Shown: positions 54,401-63,700 of the stretch, piece after piece
How positions within the stretch are numbered: position 1 is the stretch's first letter
How the letters are laid out: every line of letters starts with the position of its first letter
DNA from: Ferruginibacter sp.
Lineage (GTDB): Bacteria > Bacteroidota > Bacteroidia > Chitinophagales > Chitinophagaceae
Assembly: GCA_039934735.1 (NCBI GenBank)
Contig: JBDTLP010000009.1
Location: 3,522 to 67,521, forward strand
Direction: 5' to 3'
Length of the DNA stretch: 64,000 nucleotides
Program-made: the position numbers and the translations under genes
The notes under the pieces: model-generated
What the model saw: the letters and a program-made list of their open reading frames with translations, nothing else
Database searches by the model: none
Told to the model about the DNA's origin: nothing

Positions 54401-56216
54401 AAATAAAATGCTTTGCCAGATCTTCTTCGTTAAATAAAACATAGCAAACGGCTGTAATATTTTCATCTCGTCCTGCTCTTCCAGCTTCCTGTACATAATT
54501 TTCAAGTGAATCTGAAATCTCATAATGAATAACCATTCCAACATCTTTCTTGTCAACTCCCATTCCGAAAGCAGAAGTGGCAACCATTATCTGAACGTCA
54601 CCTGCTATGAAAGCATTCTGATTTTCTGTTTTCTCCCGGCTTTCCATTTTTCCATGAAATGCTTTTGCATTAAATCCATCTTTACATAATCGGGCTGCCA
54701 GCGCTTCGGCTCTCTTTGTTCTTGAAACATAAATGATAGTAGGGCAATCTTTTTCTTCAATCAAATCCCTGGCTGAGTTATACTTTTCTTCATCGTCTCC
54801 TTTTTCAAAAACTTTGTAATGCAGATTTGTTCTTGTCGCTTTGGAAGGAAATATTTCCAACCTGATTCCTAACTTTTCTTTGAAGTATGCACAAATATCT
54901 TCAATGACTTTTTGTTTCGCTGTTGCAGTAAAACACGAAACTGGAATTTGCTCTTCAAGATTTTTATTCTCTTGAAGCAGTTTGATAAAATCACCGATGT
55001 ATAAATAATCAACCCTAAAATCTTGTCCCCATGATGAAAAGCAGTGAGCTTCATCAATTACAAAGCGAACGACTTTTCTTCCCAACATTAAATTCTCGAT
55101 TGTCTTTGAACGCAAAGATTCGGGAGAAATATAAAGTATGGAGGCAAATCCATCCTGCACTCTTTGAATTGATTTTGCCCTTTCAATGGGATCAAGCAAA
55201 CCATTTATTGTAACAGCATCAGTGATTCCAATTTTTTCAAGATTGTCAACCTGGTCTTTCATCAAGGATTGTAAAGGAGAAATTACAACTGTCAAACCTT
55301 TAGTATTTTCTCCACTCATTAAAGCTGGAACCTGGAATGTGATTGATTTGCCGCCGCCTGTAGGAAACACTGCTAAGATTGATTTGTTATCTACAGCTGC
55401 CTGAACAGCATTTTCTTGCAATTGCTCACCTGCATAACTTCTGTATTTATCAAAGCCGAAATAATTTTTCAATGCGTAATGTATGTTTAATGCCTGGTCA
55501 CAATACACGCAACCAGTCAAACATGGATTGTTTCTTAGCAGAAACATTATACGTTCAACTTTGGGATAATTCTTTAAAACCCAGGGTGGTGTTATTGAAT
55601 AACGGTTGTTACAATTTATGAGTGCTAAACAATAAGCCAATTCAATTGGATGTTCAGAAATTATTTTAGGCAGGTTTGCGTTTTCACAAATTAGATATTG
55701 AAATTTTTCTTTGATTACTTTTTCAATATCTGATTCGTGGCACTTATATGCGATGAAACTGAAAAAGGAGTGAAATTCCTTTTTATCGTTTAATAACAAA
55801 TAGAAAATTTGTTTTAGTTTTTCTTCAACTTGATTGAAAATAGAAACTTCTTCAAGGAAAAGGTCTTTGGCTTTTATAGAATCATTAAGCGGATTGTTTG
55901 TGTCCTCTGTTTGCAGTTTATCGTCTTTAAGCAAAGCATGATAAGGCCTTGTTGGAAACAAAAGAGGAGACAGAAATAAAGTATCAATAATGTTAGCTGG
56001 ATTTATTTTGGCATCGGTTACTGCTTGCTGAATATACAGTAAGTCGTGATTCAAAATGTTGTGTCCGCAAATGTACTCAGTGCCATTTAAGAATTTAATA
56101 AAGTCAGTAACGGAATTTGAATGAAAAGAATTGCCGTTGTCCTTAACACTTCCAATGTCAAGAATTTTATGGCTCTTTGGCTCAATCTCGGTATCTATAA
56201 AAGCAATTGAGTTCAT
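51417..56216 (-). CDS. Exonuclease-RecQ-UvrD triple-fusion helicase (1599 aa)
   Basis: N-terminal DEDD exonuclease motifs: IAFIDTEIEP, GHNILNHD. RecQ core: FPTGGGKS, VISPLQSLMKDQ, DEAHCFSSWGQDFR, QEAGRAGRD. C-terminal UvrD/Rep core: AAGPGSGKT, VIDEAQD, TNYRS, STIHKAKGKEFD, YVAMTRAK. Confidence 0.9.
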   Translation of the reverse strand: MNSIAFIDTEIEPKSHKILDIGSVKDNGNSFHSNSVTDFIKFLNGTEYICGHNILNHDLLYIQQAVTDAKINPANIIDTLFLSPLLFPTRPYHALLKDDKLQTEDTNNPLNDSIKAKDLFLEEVSIFNQVEEKLKQIFYLLLNDKKEFHSFFSFIAYKCHESDIEKVIKEKFQYLICENANLPKIISEHPIELAYCLALINCNNRYSITPPWVLKNYPKVERIMFLLRNNPCLTGCVYCDQALNIHYALKNYFGFDKYRSYAGEQLQENAVQAAVDNKSILAVFPTGGGKSITFQVPALMSGENTKGLTVVISPLQSLMKDQVDNLEKIGITDAVTINGLLDPIERAKSIQRVQDGFASILYISPESLRSKTIENLMLGRKVVRFVIDEAHCFSSWGQDFRVDYLYIGDFIKLLQENKNLEEQIPVSCFTATAKQKVIEDICAYFKEKLGIRLEIFPSKATRTNLHYKVFEKGDDEEKYNSARDLIEEKDCPTIIYVSRTKRAEALAARLCKDGFNAKAFHGKMESREKTENQNAFIAGDVQIMVATSAFGMGVDKKDVGMVIHYEISDSLENYVQEAGRAGRDENITAVCYVLFNEEDLAKHFILLNQTKLNIHEIQQIWKAIKFITKFKSSVQKSALEIARAAGWDDNLKEIERRVTTAIAALEEAGYLKRNQNMPRIFANSILSKTAQEAIDKIMRSQKFSEEQKITATRIIKTLFSSKSRKQSKQDEAESRVDYISDNLGIEIRNVISVINLLRDEKILADAKDLTAFVKKGVSKKSSLDIAESYGLIENFLCPLFEEQEKTFHIKELNEQAEENGCKDVTPNKIKTLLNFWAIKHWIKRYNKDYDKNHIAAISCQPKEVLKERLEKRHLLSKFIVGYLYEKSNTIKEEAEAEKDEVLVEFSVLELLAAFSNQIQLFEVKATIEEIEDTLFYLSRIEAIKIEGGFLVVYNRLTIDKIEQNPRIQYKEQDYQKLSDYYDHKVQQIHIVGEYAKKMVDDYTGALTFVDDYFQLNFPSFLSKYFKGSRESEIKRNITPKKYKQLFDSLSDVQRRIIDDKKSQYIVVAAGPGSGKTKVLVHKLASLLLMEDVKHEQLLMVTFSRAAATEFKKRLIELIGNAAHFIDIKTFHSYCFDLLGKVGTIDKADAIIKTTVEKIKNNEVEISRITKTVLVIDEAQDMDEDEFELIKVMMEKNDDMRVIAVGDDDQNIYEWRGANSKYLSSFITEKKAAKYELITNYRSKSNLVSFTNQFVKTIQLRLKEIPIETKQTDNGKIKIIHYKNSNLIIPLVDDILSTGLSGTTCILTHKNEEAFQVAGLLIKKGLKAKLIQSNDGFSLFNLAEIRFFLNELKLDDGVFTISDDVWGDAKRKVIDKFKQSTKFEICNNLIKDFEATNTKKKYKSDFEVFIRESKLEDFISENGETIFVSTIHKAKGKEFDNVFLMLENFDAREDKMKRQLYVAMTRAKQNLTIHLNGNYLDKLMTGGLERIENNNTFQPPGSLALHLSHKDLQLGYFEFIQKRVNALTSGDSITISDEGCKNQKAELVLKFSKKFIDRLAEIKKNGFELREAKVNFIVHWKAEDKEQEVKIILPELHFER

Positions 56217-56476
56217 TCTTTTATTTACTGATTATGATTTATTATTAAGTTCTTAAGACAAGATAATAAAACAAGATGGTTTTTTCTATTCGAGATTAAT
56301 CATTTTGCTCTTTCACATCATAGGGTTGGAACATGAAAAGTATTTGTTTTTTGCAAAGATTACAAACAGGTAGCATTTTTTAAAAGCCAGGAGTAAATGA
56401 AACCACAAAGCGTAGCAGGATTGGAAAACAAAATTACTATTGCCAATTGGCTGGCAGGTAACAAGATTGAAAACTT

Positions 56477-56548
56477 ATAAATAGTTAGGAGCGCTGAGAG
56501 ATCGGGGCCTTTTTACATGTAGGATTTAAGATGTAAGATTTAAGATTT
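56477..56548 (+). repeat. Right copy of the direct repeat flanking the helicase gene
   Basis: ataaatagttaggagcgctgagagatcggggccttttt-acatgtaggatttaagatgtaagatttaagattt. Confidence 0.8.
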
Positions 56549-56620
56549 AAGATATGTAAATCATTACAAAGCCCAAATCTTAAATCTTACATTTTAAATC
56601 TTACATCTTAGATCATACAT
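56521..56620. repeat. (GATTTAA/GATGTAA) heptamer hairpin abutting the galM stop
   Basis: The left arm aggatttaagatgtaagatttaagatttaagat pairs with the right arm aaatcttaaatcttacattttaaatcttacatcttagatc, which ends 1-2 nt before the galM stop (56622). Confidence 0.85.
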
Positions 56621-56621
56621 T

Positions 56622-57626
56622 TTACAAAGCTGAAATCTTATAAATAGTAACCTGCCTGTATGCTTCTCCAGGCTTTAATAACGTATTTGGAAATGATGGT
56701 TCATTTGGACTGTTGGGATAATGCTGCGCTTCCAAGCATAGCCCAAATTGATTACCCTGCTCTTGATTTCCTGAATAAAATTGAACAGCAGGTTCGGTTG
56801 TGAACATTTGCATGAAGCGGCCACTTACAGGTTCATATAAATTAGCAGCTATCGTAAGACCTGTTGAATGATCATCTTTTCGAATGATCATATTATGATC
56901 GTATCCTCCAATAGCAGCAATATCTTTTCCTGTTTTTTTTGTTGATGTAAAATCAAGTGCGGTATTTTTTACGGAAGCAATTTCGCCGGTAGGGATGAGC
57001 GTTGCATCTGAAACGGTATAGCTATCTGCAAACAACTGTAATTCATGATCAAGAATGGGTGTATTGCTATTTCCAGATAAATTAAAATAACAATGATTGG
57101 TAAAATTAACTGATGTTGATTGATCTGTAGTTGCTTTATAATCTATTTTAACTTCGTTATCATCAGTTAGGCTATATATAACCGTTATATTAAGGTTGCC
57201 GGGAAAACCTTCTTCGCCATCTTTGCTTAGGTAAGTTAGTTTTAAACTATTATCGGCTTCATTTGGTTCGGCATTCCACCATGCTTTATCAAAACCTTTG
57301 TTGCCGCCGTGTAAACTATGCTCACCATGATTTTTTGCAAGTTTGTATTCTTTCCCATCAATAGTAAAAATTCCATGAGCGATCCTGTTACAATAACGGC
57401 CAACAATGCAGCCCATGTAAGGATTGCTGCTGTTTAAATAATCGTCAAGATTATCAAAGCCATTAACCACATTGGCAAACATATTATTCTTATCCGCAGT
57501 AATGATCTTTGTTACTGTAGCGCCATAATTAATAATGGAAACCTGCATACCGCTGGCATTTTGTAATGTGTATTCTGTAACAGGTTTGTTTTCGAAATTC
57601 CCAAAGGGCTTTTTTGAAATACTCAT
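56622..57626 (-). CDS. galM: Aldose 1-epimerase (galactose mutarotase)
   Basis: 334 aa. HSLHGGNKGFDKAWW and the C-terminal E..HYPNSPN motifs are typical of GalM. Confidence 0.9.
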   Translation of the reverse strand: MSISKKPFGNFENKPVTEYTLQNASGMQVSIINYGATVTKIITADKNNMFANVVNGFDNLDDYLNSSNPYMGCIVGRYCNRIAHGIFTIDGKEYKLAKNHGEHSLHGGNKGFDKAWWNAEPNEADNSLKLTYLSKDGEEGFPGNLNITVIYSLTDDNEVKIDYKATTDQSTSVNFTNHCYFNLSGNSNTPILDHELQLFADSYTVSDATLIPTGEIASVKNTALDFTSTKKTGKDIAAIGGYDHNMIIRKDDHSTGLTIAANLYEPVSGRFMQMFTTEPAVQFYSGNQEQGNQFGLCLEAQHYPNSPNEPSFPNTLLKPGEAYRQVTIYKISAL

Positions 57627-57663
57627 AATTAATGAAACGTTTGAATTTTATGATCAGGTTGTC

Positions 57664-57714
57664 AACCGCTGCCGGTGTTTGCAACCGCCGACAGGGTTTT
57701 ACAATCGACCCTGT
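57664..57714. repeat. Second (partial, inverted) copy of the CCGACAG palindromic element
   Basis: aaccgctgccggtgtttgcaaccgccgacagggttt matches the reverse complement of 17791-17826 with 2 mismatches. It is followed by the local hairpin acaggg..ccctgt, which abuts the SGLT stop codon. Confidence 0.75.
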
Positions 57715-59400
57715 TTACCAAAACAAACTATACAATGCCAATAAAATTCCACATATGATCAATGCGCCAACTACAAAAGATGTGTCTACTTTAAACATTG
57801 TTTTATCAATTTCCAATCCATTAGGTTTAATGCCTTTTTTATTTTCAATTTTACTGATGATGAACATTCCGGTGATACAAAGAACAAAGATGATGGCCAT
57901 CCTGTCGAGGAAAGGAATAATATAAACGCCTTTATCAAGTGTTGAGAAACCTGAACTTGCCAGGAAAGAAAGATCCATAAAGCCAGGAAGGAACTTGAAG
58001 AACAATGCGAATAAGAATCCGCCGATCATTGCAAACAAAGCAGCGTTCGATGTCGTTTTTTTCCAGAAGAAACCAAGGATGAACATCGCAAAAATACCGG
58101 GTGAAACAAATCCTGTGTATTCCTGTATGTATTGAAATCCTTGTTTTCCTTCACCCATTAATTTTTCTCCGACAACAAATGCTAACAAAACTGCAATGAG
58201 CACAGAAACAATAACGGTTATTTTTCCTACGCTGACAAGTTTTTTATCATCCGCATTTTTGTTGATCGCTTTTTTATAGATGTCCAATGAAAATATCGTT
58301 GCGATACTATTTGCTTTACCTGCCAGTGATGCAACGATCGCTGCGGTCAACGCTGCAAATGATAATCCTTTTAAACCAACAGGTAATAAATTCAATAAAG
58401 ATGGATATGCTTTATTCACATCAGTGATACCTTTTGAATCGAGCATTTCTGTATGGAACATTCCTTTTTGATACAATACATAAGCTGCAATACCAGGCAA
58501 TACAACGATCACCGGCATCAGTAATTTTAAGAATGCTGCAAACAACAATCCTTTTCGTGCTGTTGGCAGGTTAGCGCCTAATGCCCTCTGTGTAATGTAT
58601 TGATTACATCCCCAGTAATTAAGATTGGCGATCCACAATCCACCCAACAAAACAGACAGGCCTGGGAGATCGCCATAACTGCTATTGTCTTTTTTTAATA
58701 TCATATGAAAATGATCATTGGCCTGTGTTGTCAATAAATTAAATCCATTTAATAATCCTGTTTGGCCTGATTGTTTTGCAACTAAATTCAAAGCAATATA
58801 TGTTGCAACCAATCCTCCCAATACTAAAAAGAAAACCTGTATCACATCTGTATAGCCAATTACCTTCATGCCACCCAATGTGATGATGACTGCAAAAATG
58901 GCTAAGAGGCCAATGCACAAACCAATATCCAATCCTGATATGCCATGAATGGCCAATGCTCCCAAATAAAGAATAGACATCAGGTTAACGACAACGTATA
59001 GCAGCAACCAGAACACAGCCATGATCATAGCCACTGTTCCATTATAACGCTGACTTAAAAACTGTGGCATCGTGAATATCTTATTCTTAAGATAAACTGG
59101 CATAAAGAAGACCGCAACGAGAATCAATGTCAATGCAGCCATCCATTCGTAAGACGATATGGCGAGTCCCATTTTAAAACCGCTTCCGCTCATACCTATA
59201 AATTGTTCAGCAGATATATTGGATGCAATCAATGATGCTCCAATTGCCCACCAGGTAAGAGAACCTTCTGCTAAAAAATAATCATGGGAAGCAGATGTAG
59301 TTAGTTTGTTCTTGCGGCGATATACCCAGTAACCGTAGCCAGAAACTACGATGAAGTAAAAAAGAAAAACGAGGTAGTCACTTGTTGTTAATGCATTCAT
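57715..59400 (-). CDS. Sodium:solute symporter (SGLT-type sugar transporter)
   Basis: 561 aa with 13-14 TM helices. WWAIGASLIASNISAEQFIGMSGSG is the SSF signature. It sits between galK and galM. Confidence 0.9.
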   Translation of the reverse strand: MNALTTSDYLVFLFYFIVVSGYGYWVYRRKNKLTTSASHDYFLAEGSLTWWAIGASLIASNISAEQFIGMSGSGFKMGLAISSYEWMAALTLILVAVFFMPVYLKNKIFTMPQFLSQRYNGTVAMIMAVFWLLLYVVVNLMSILYLGALAIHGISGLDIGLCIGLLAIFAVIITLGGMKVIGYTDVIQVFFLVLGGLVATYIALNLVAKQSGQTGLLNGFNLLTTQANDHFHMILKKDNSSYGDLPGLSVLLGGLWIANLNYWGCNQYITQRALGANLPTARKGLLFAAFLKLLMPVIVVLPGIAAYVLYQKGMFHTEMLDSKGITDVNKAYPSLLNLLPVGLKGLSFAALTAAIVASLAGKANSIATIFSLDIYKKAINKNADDKKLVSVGKITVIVSVLIAVLLAFVVGEKLMGEGKQGFQYIQEYTGFVSPGIFAMFILGFFWKKTTSNAALFAMIGGFLFALFFKFLPGFMDLSFLASSGFSTLDKGVYIIPFLDRMAIIFVLCITGMFIISKIENKKGIKPNGLEIDKTMFKVDTSFVVGALIICGILLALYSLFW

Positions 59401-59434
59401 GATGGCATTGGTTTATTAAAATAATAACATTGGT

Positions 59435-60586
59435 TTATAATTCACAGCAGCTTGTTCCATTTTCAATTACAGCAATATAACTTGTTAGTGGAAGTTTCAT
59501 TGCTGCTTCATATGCAATGCTTACCTCTTTAATTAATCTTTCAATCGCATCTTCCTGTACAATGTTGATGGTACAACCACCAAAGCCGCCACCCATCATT
59601 CTTGCGCCAACAACGCCAGGAATTAGTTTCACATGATCTACAAGAAAATCAAGTTCTTTACAACTCACTTCATATTCAGTGCTCAGTCCCATATGTGCCT
59701 GGTACATTTTATTTCCAAGTGCAACAATATTTCCATTCTTCAGATCTTCACATGCAGCAAGCAGGCGCATGTTTTCTTTTATCACATACTTGCAACGCTG
59801 GTGAATTAGTGGATGTTCAAAAGCAACATATTTATCAAGCATGTCCATACTTACATCTCTCAGGCTTTTTACTTCAGGATGAAATGCTTTGATGATGGCA
59901 ACAGCTTCTTCACATTGTTGCCTGCGGATATTATATTCAGAAGAAGCAAGATTGTGTTTTACATTGGTATTTAGCAATACAATTTTATAACCATCCAGTT
60001 TAAAAGGAATGTATTCGTATTTCAATGAACGGCAATCTAATTTTATTACATGATCTTTTTTTCCGAGCATACTTGCAAACTGGTCCATAATGCCACAATT
60101 CACGCCAGCGAATACATGCTCTGCTTTTTGAGCCATGTAACTCAGTTTTATTCTATCAAAACCAAGTTCAAATATTTCATTCAATGCAAATGCAGTTGCA
60201 CATTCAACAGCAGCAGAGGAGGAGAGGCCGGCGCCAATGGGCACATCACCGTCAACCAATAAATTAAACCCTGTTAAAACAGCTCCTGCTTTTTGCAACT
60301 GATCAACTACGCCTAAAATATAATTGGCCCATTGCACAGGTGATTTTTTTACATCTTCTACATTGATTGAAAAATCTTCATTAAAATCTGTTGCATATAG
60401 ATGGATGATGTTGTCGTTCCTTTTACTAACAGCAACGTAAATATTTTTATCAATAGCTCCGGGCAAAACAAATCCTTCATTGTAATCTGTATGTTCGCCA
60501 ATGATATTCACTCTTCCCGGGGAGCGGAATACAGAAGAAGTTGTACCGTATTTTTCTAAGAACACTTTTGTTATCTTTTGTATCAT
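59435..60586 (-). CDS. galK: Galactokinase
   Basis: GRVNIIGEHTDYNEGFVLP (galactokinase signature) and PIGAGLSSSAA (GHMP kinase motif). Confidence 0.92.
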   Translation of the reverse strand: MIQKITKVFLEKYGTTSSVFRSPGRVNIIGEHTDYNEGFVLPGAIDKNIYVAVSKRNDNIIHLYATDFNEDFSINVEDVKKSPVQWANYILGVVDQLQKAGAVLTGFNLLVDGDVPIGAGLSSSAAVECATAFALNEIFELGFDRIKLSYMAQKAEHVFAGVNCGIMDQFASMLGKKDHVIKLDCRSLKYEYIPFKLDGYKIVLLNTNVKHNLASSEYNIRRQQCEEAVAIIKAFHPEVKSLRDVSMDMLDKYVAFEHPLIHQRCKYVIKENMRLLAACEDLKNGNIVALGNKMYQAHMGLSTEYEVSCKELDFLVDHVKLIPGVVGARMMGGGFGGCTINIVQEDAIERLIKEVSIAYEAAMKLPLTSYIAVIENGTSCCEL

Positions 60587-60608
60587 TTTAATAGTAAGTT
60601 GCTTTTTT

Positions 60609-60699
60609 GATATCAGATTTCAGAAATCAGACATCAGCTTTTAATAAAATAAGTAAAACCTCAAGAACATCTGAAATCTGACTTCTGAAATCTGATATC
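60609..60699. repeat. (ATCAGAN) heptamer hairpin between the GH2-GH53 gene and galK
   Basis: gatatcagatttcagaaatcagacatcag pairs with atctgaaatctgacttctgaaatctgatatc. Here the TGA-bearing arm is the distal one. Confidence 0.85.
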
Positions 60700-60706
60700 A
60701 AGCTTC

Positions 60707-63700
60707 TTACTTCAACAGATACTTTTTCAACTCATCATACATCAACAAATTCGCATTTGCCTTTCCATCTTTTTCAAAAAAACGTTCCCATGTACTCAAT
60801 GGTTCCCAGATGCAAGTTCCTTTTCCTCTTCCGCCTGCCACATTAAATCCAAGTTCATTTACTTCTTTTTTTAATTGCGAATATTCAACAACGATCACAT
60901 CTTTATTATACCTGTGTGAAAGATCATTGAGATTGTAATCGAGATCTGCCAATGTATTGTGCCATTTCGGGTAATAAGATAAACCAATAACATCAAATGG
61001 AACGCCACGGGCAATCATATTGTCAAAGAAAAATTTGCTTTCATCATTTTGTCCACCCAATGCAACATGTAACATAATCGTTGTTGATGGAGAAACAGCT
61101 TTTACTCCTTGTATGCCTGCATAAATTAATTGAGCAAGACTGTCTAAATTATTTATAGCACCAATAGGCCACATCATTCCATGATTGATCTCGTTGCCGA
61201 TCTGCACCATATCAGGTGTTGTGCCCTGGTCTTTTAGCGCTTGCACGACCATCTTTGTATAATCATAAACAGCCTGTTTTAATGCTGTTATTGATTTGCC
61301 ACGCCATGCAGCAGGCATATATTGTTTTCCGGGATCGGCCCAATAATCACTGTAATGAAAATCGAGTAATAATTTCATTCCTGCTACTTTCACTCTTTTG
61401 GCCATTTGTTTTGTATGTTCAAGATCGCAGAAACCTTTCTGTGGCGAATAGCCGCTATCTCTTGCGGGATCATTGAAAATACGGAGACGCACATAATTCA
61501 ATCCATGATCTTTTAAAATTTCGATTGCATCTTTTTGTTTTCCATCATTGTCAGTAAACTTCATTCCTTTTTCTTCCAGTTCAGGAAGAAAAGAAATATC
61601 GGCGCCTAACATTTTATCTACAGGAGTACTTTTGAAAGGAATAACAGGAAACGTATTTTTTGATGTGTTTACAGCATGTGGAATTCCCGGTTGAATCGTG
61701 CTGATATCTGTTTCTCCTTTCCATAAACTATCGGATGATGCTTCAAAATGGATCATTGATTGTGTTGTTCCTGATTGAACAATTACCTGGCATTTACCAT
61801 TGAATAAATGTCGTTGCGCAACGGTATCAAAATATTTATCTACTTCATGAGAACTTGGATCGCCATTACCAACGCCAATGATATTTCCATCACCACGCAA
61901 TGAAAATTTTATAAGATTATCTGCATCTGGTACTTCACGCCCCTGTCTATCGATCACCGTTATGTTCATCACCGTTGCATCTTTTCCATCTGCAAGCATG
62001 GTTGTTTTATAGGGACTGATCACAACCTCAGCAGGCTTGCCGGTTGTTTCAACTTTTGTTGTAAGCTTCTTACCTTTTTTATAAGCGATTGCTTCCAATG
62101 TTCCTGCTGCATAATTTACCAGCCATTGTAAGTGGCCATAGCGTGGCATATCTTTTTTGCCAAGACTTGTTCCGTTTAAAAATAATTCAACATTGTCTGC
62201 ATTGCTGTTTACCCAAACGTCAATAGGCGTTCCTTCTTTGCCTTGCCAGTTCCAGTGAGGAGAAATATGCAACACATCTTTATCTGTCCACCATGATTGA
62301 TAATAGTAATAAATATTTTTTGGAAAGCCACAAACATCCATGATACCAAAATGCGAATTAATATTTGGCCATTGGAAAGGGGTCGGTTCTCCACGATAAT
62401 CCAAACCGGTCCATACAAAGCCACCGAGCCAATAATCATTTGGCCCGGCAAGTTTCCACCATGTTTCTGCAGTACTTGCCCACCATGGTGCAGTGATGTC
62501 CTGGTCGGGTACATAACCTTTTATTGAATCCTTCGTGTACTCGCCACGGGTAGTTACAGTACTTCCCATTTCTGTTCCCATTATTGGTTGGAGTGGATGG
62601 TCTTTATGATAATCTGACACTGCATATTCCCTGTAATTAAAACTACGCACAGGAATTACTTCATTGATGCCTTTAATAACATTGCCCATATCTGCAGCAT
62701 AAGTACTAACCCTGGTAGGATCGAGTTCAACTTGTTTTGCAAGTAGTGATTGAGCGATCTTTTTTCCAAAATTATTTCCCTGTACCCAACCTTCTTCATT
62801 TCCAATTGACCACATAAAAACAGAAGGACGGCCCCTGTCCCTTTTTATCAGCCATTCAAAATCCTGCATGTATTGTGGACTACTATTAAGCAAACGATTT
62901 TCATCCAACACAAGCAGTCCAAGGCTATCACACGCATCCAGCAATTCTGGAGTAGGAGGATTATGGCTTGTCCTATATGCATTCACACCAAGTTGTTTTA
63001 AAAGAAACACCCTGTAATACTGAAGATAATCTGGTAATGCACTTCCAACACCGGCATGATCCTGGTGATTGTTGGTGCCTTTTATTTTGGTGTATTTACC
63101 ATTTAAGAATAATCCTTTGGTTGTTACAGCGATGGTACGAATACCAAAACGAATTTTATCTGTATCTATAATTTTTCCTCCCGATATAATAATTGGAATG
63201 ACACGATATAAATATGGATCTTCCAATGACCACAAGCGTGGCATGTTAACCGTTAGTTTCTGTTTTACAACTTTGTCTTCATTTATCTTAAGTGAAATAG
63301 ATTGTTCATCTGTTTGACCAATTTGTTTTCCATCTCTGTTAGTTATGATTGCTGATACCGTAATATGAGAAGCAGCAAGCGATTCATTTTGCACAGCAGT
63401 TTCAATATTTACAGTTGCAATATTATTGCTGACGGTTGTATAAACAAAAACTGGATTTTCCTTAAGATGAACAGGTTGATATTGATCTAACCAAACATGA
63501 CGATAAATACCAGCACCTTCATAGAACCATCCTTCATATTGAGTAGCATCTACTCTTACAACCAATACATTTTCCTTATCAAAATTTAAATAGTTGCTGA
63601 TATCATAAGCTACCCCAACATAACCACTTTTATTATTACCAAGATAAAAACCATTGAGCCAAAAACTGGCATCCCTGAAAACGCCATCAAACTTAATTTG

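Noticed and set aside
51598-55621. About 12 plus-strand or nested ORFs within the helicase gene
   Set aside because: They are antisense or shadow ORFs of a gene with complete exonuclease, RecQ and UvrD motif sets.
56340-56480. Tiny plus-strand ORFs (16 aa and 27 aa: MKPQSVAGLENKITIANWLAGNKIENL) just left of the right direct repeat
   Set aside because: They are too short, show no similarity to the YtxJ C-terminus or anything else recognisable, and may simply be cassette-internal non-coding DNA.
20288-60699. Whether the short tandem arrays are CRISPR arrays
   Set aside because: The periods are 7-9 nt with no unique spacers, no 25-40-nt repeats and no cas genes. They are arms of inverted repeats.
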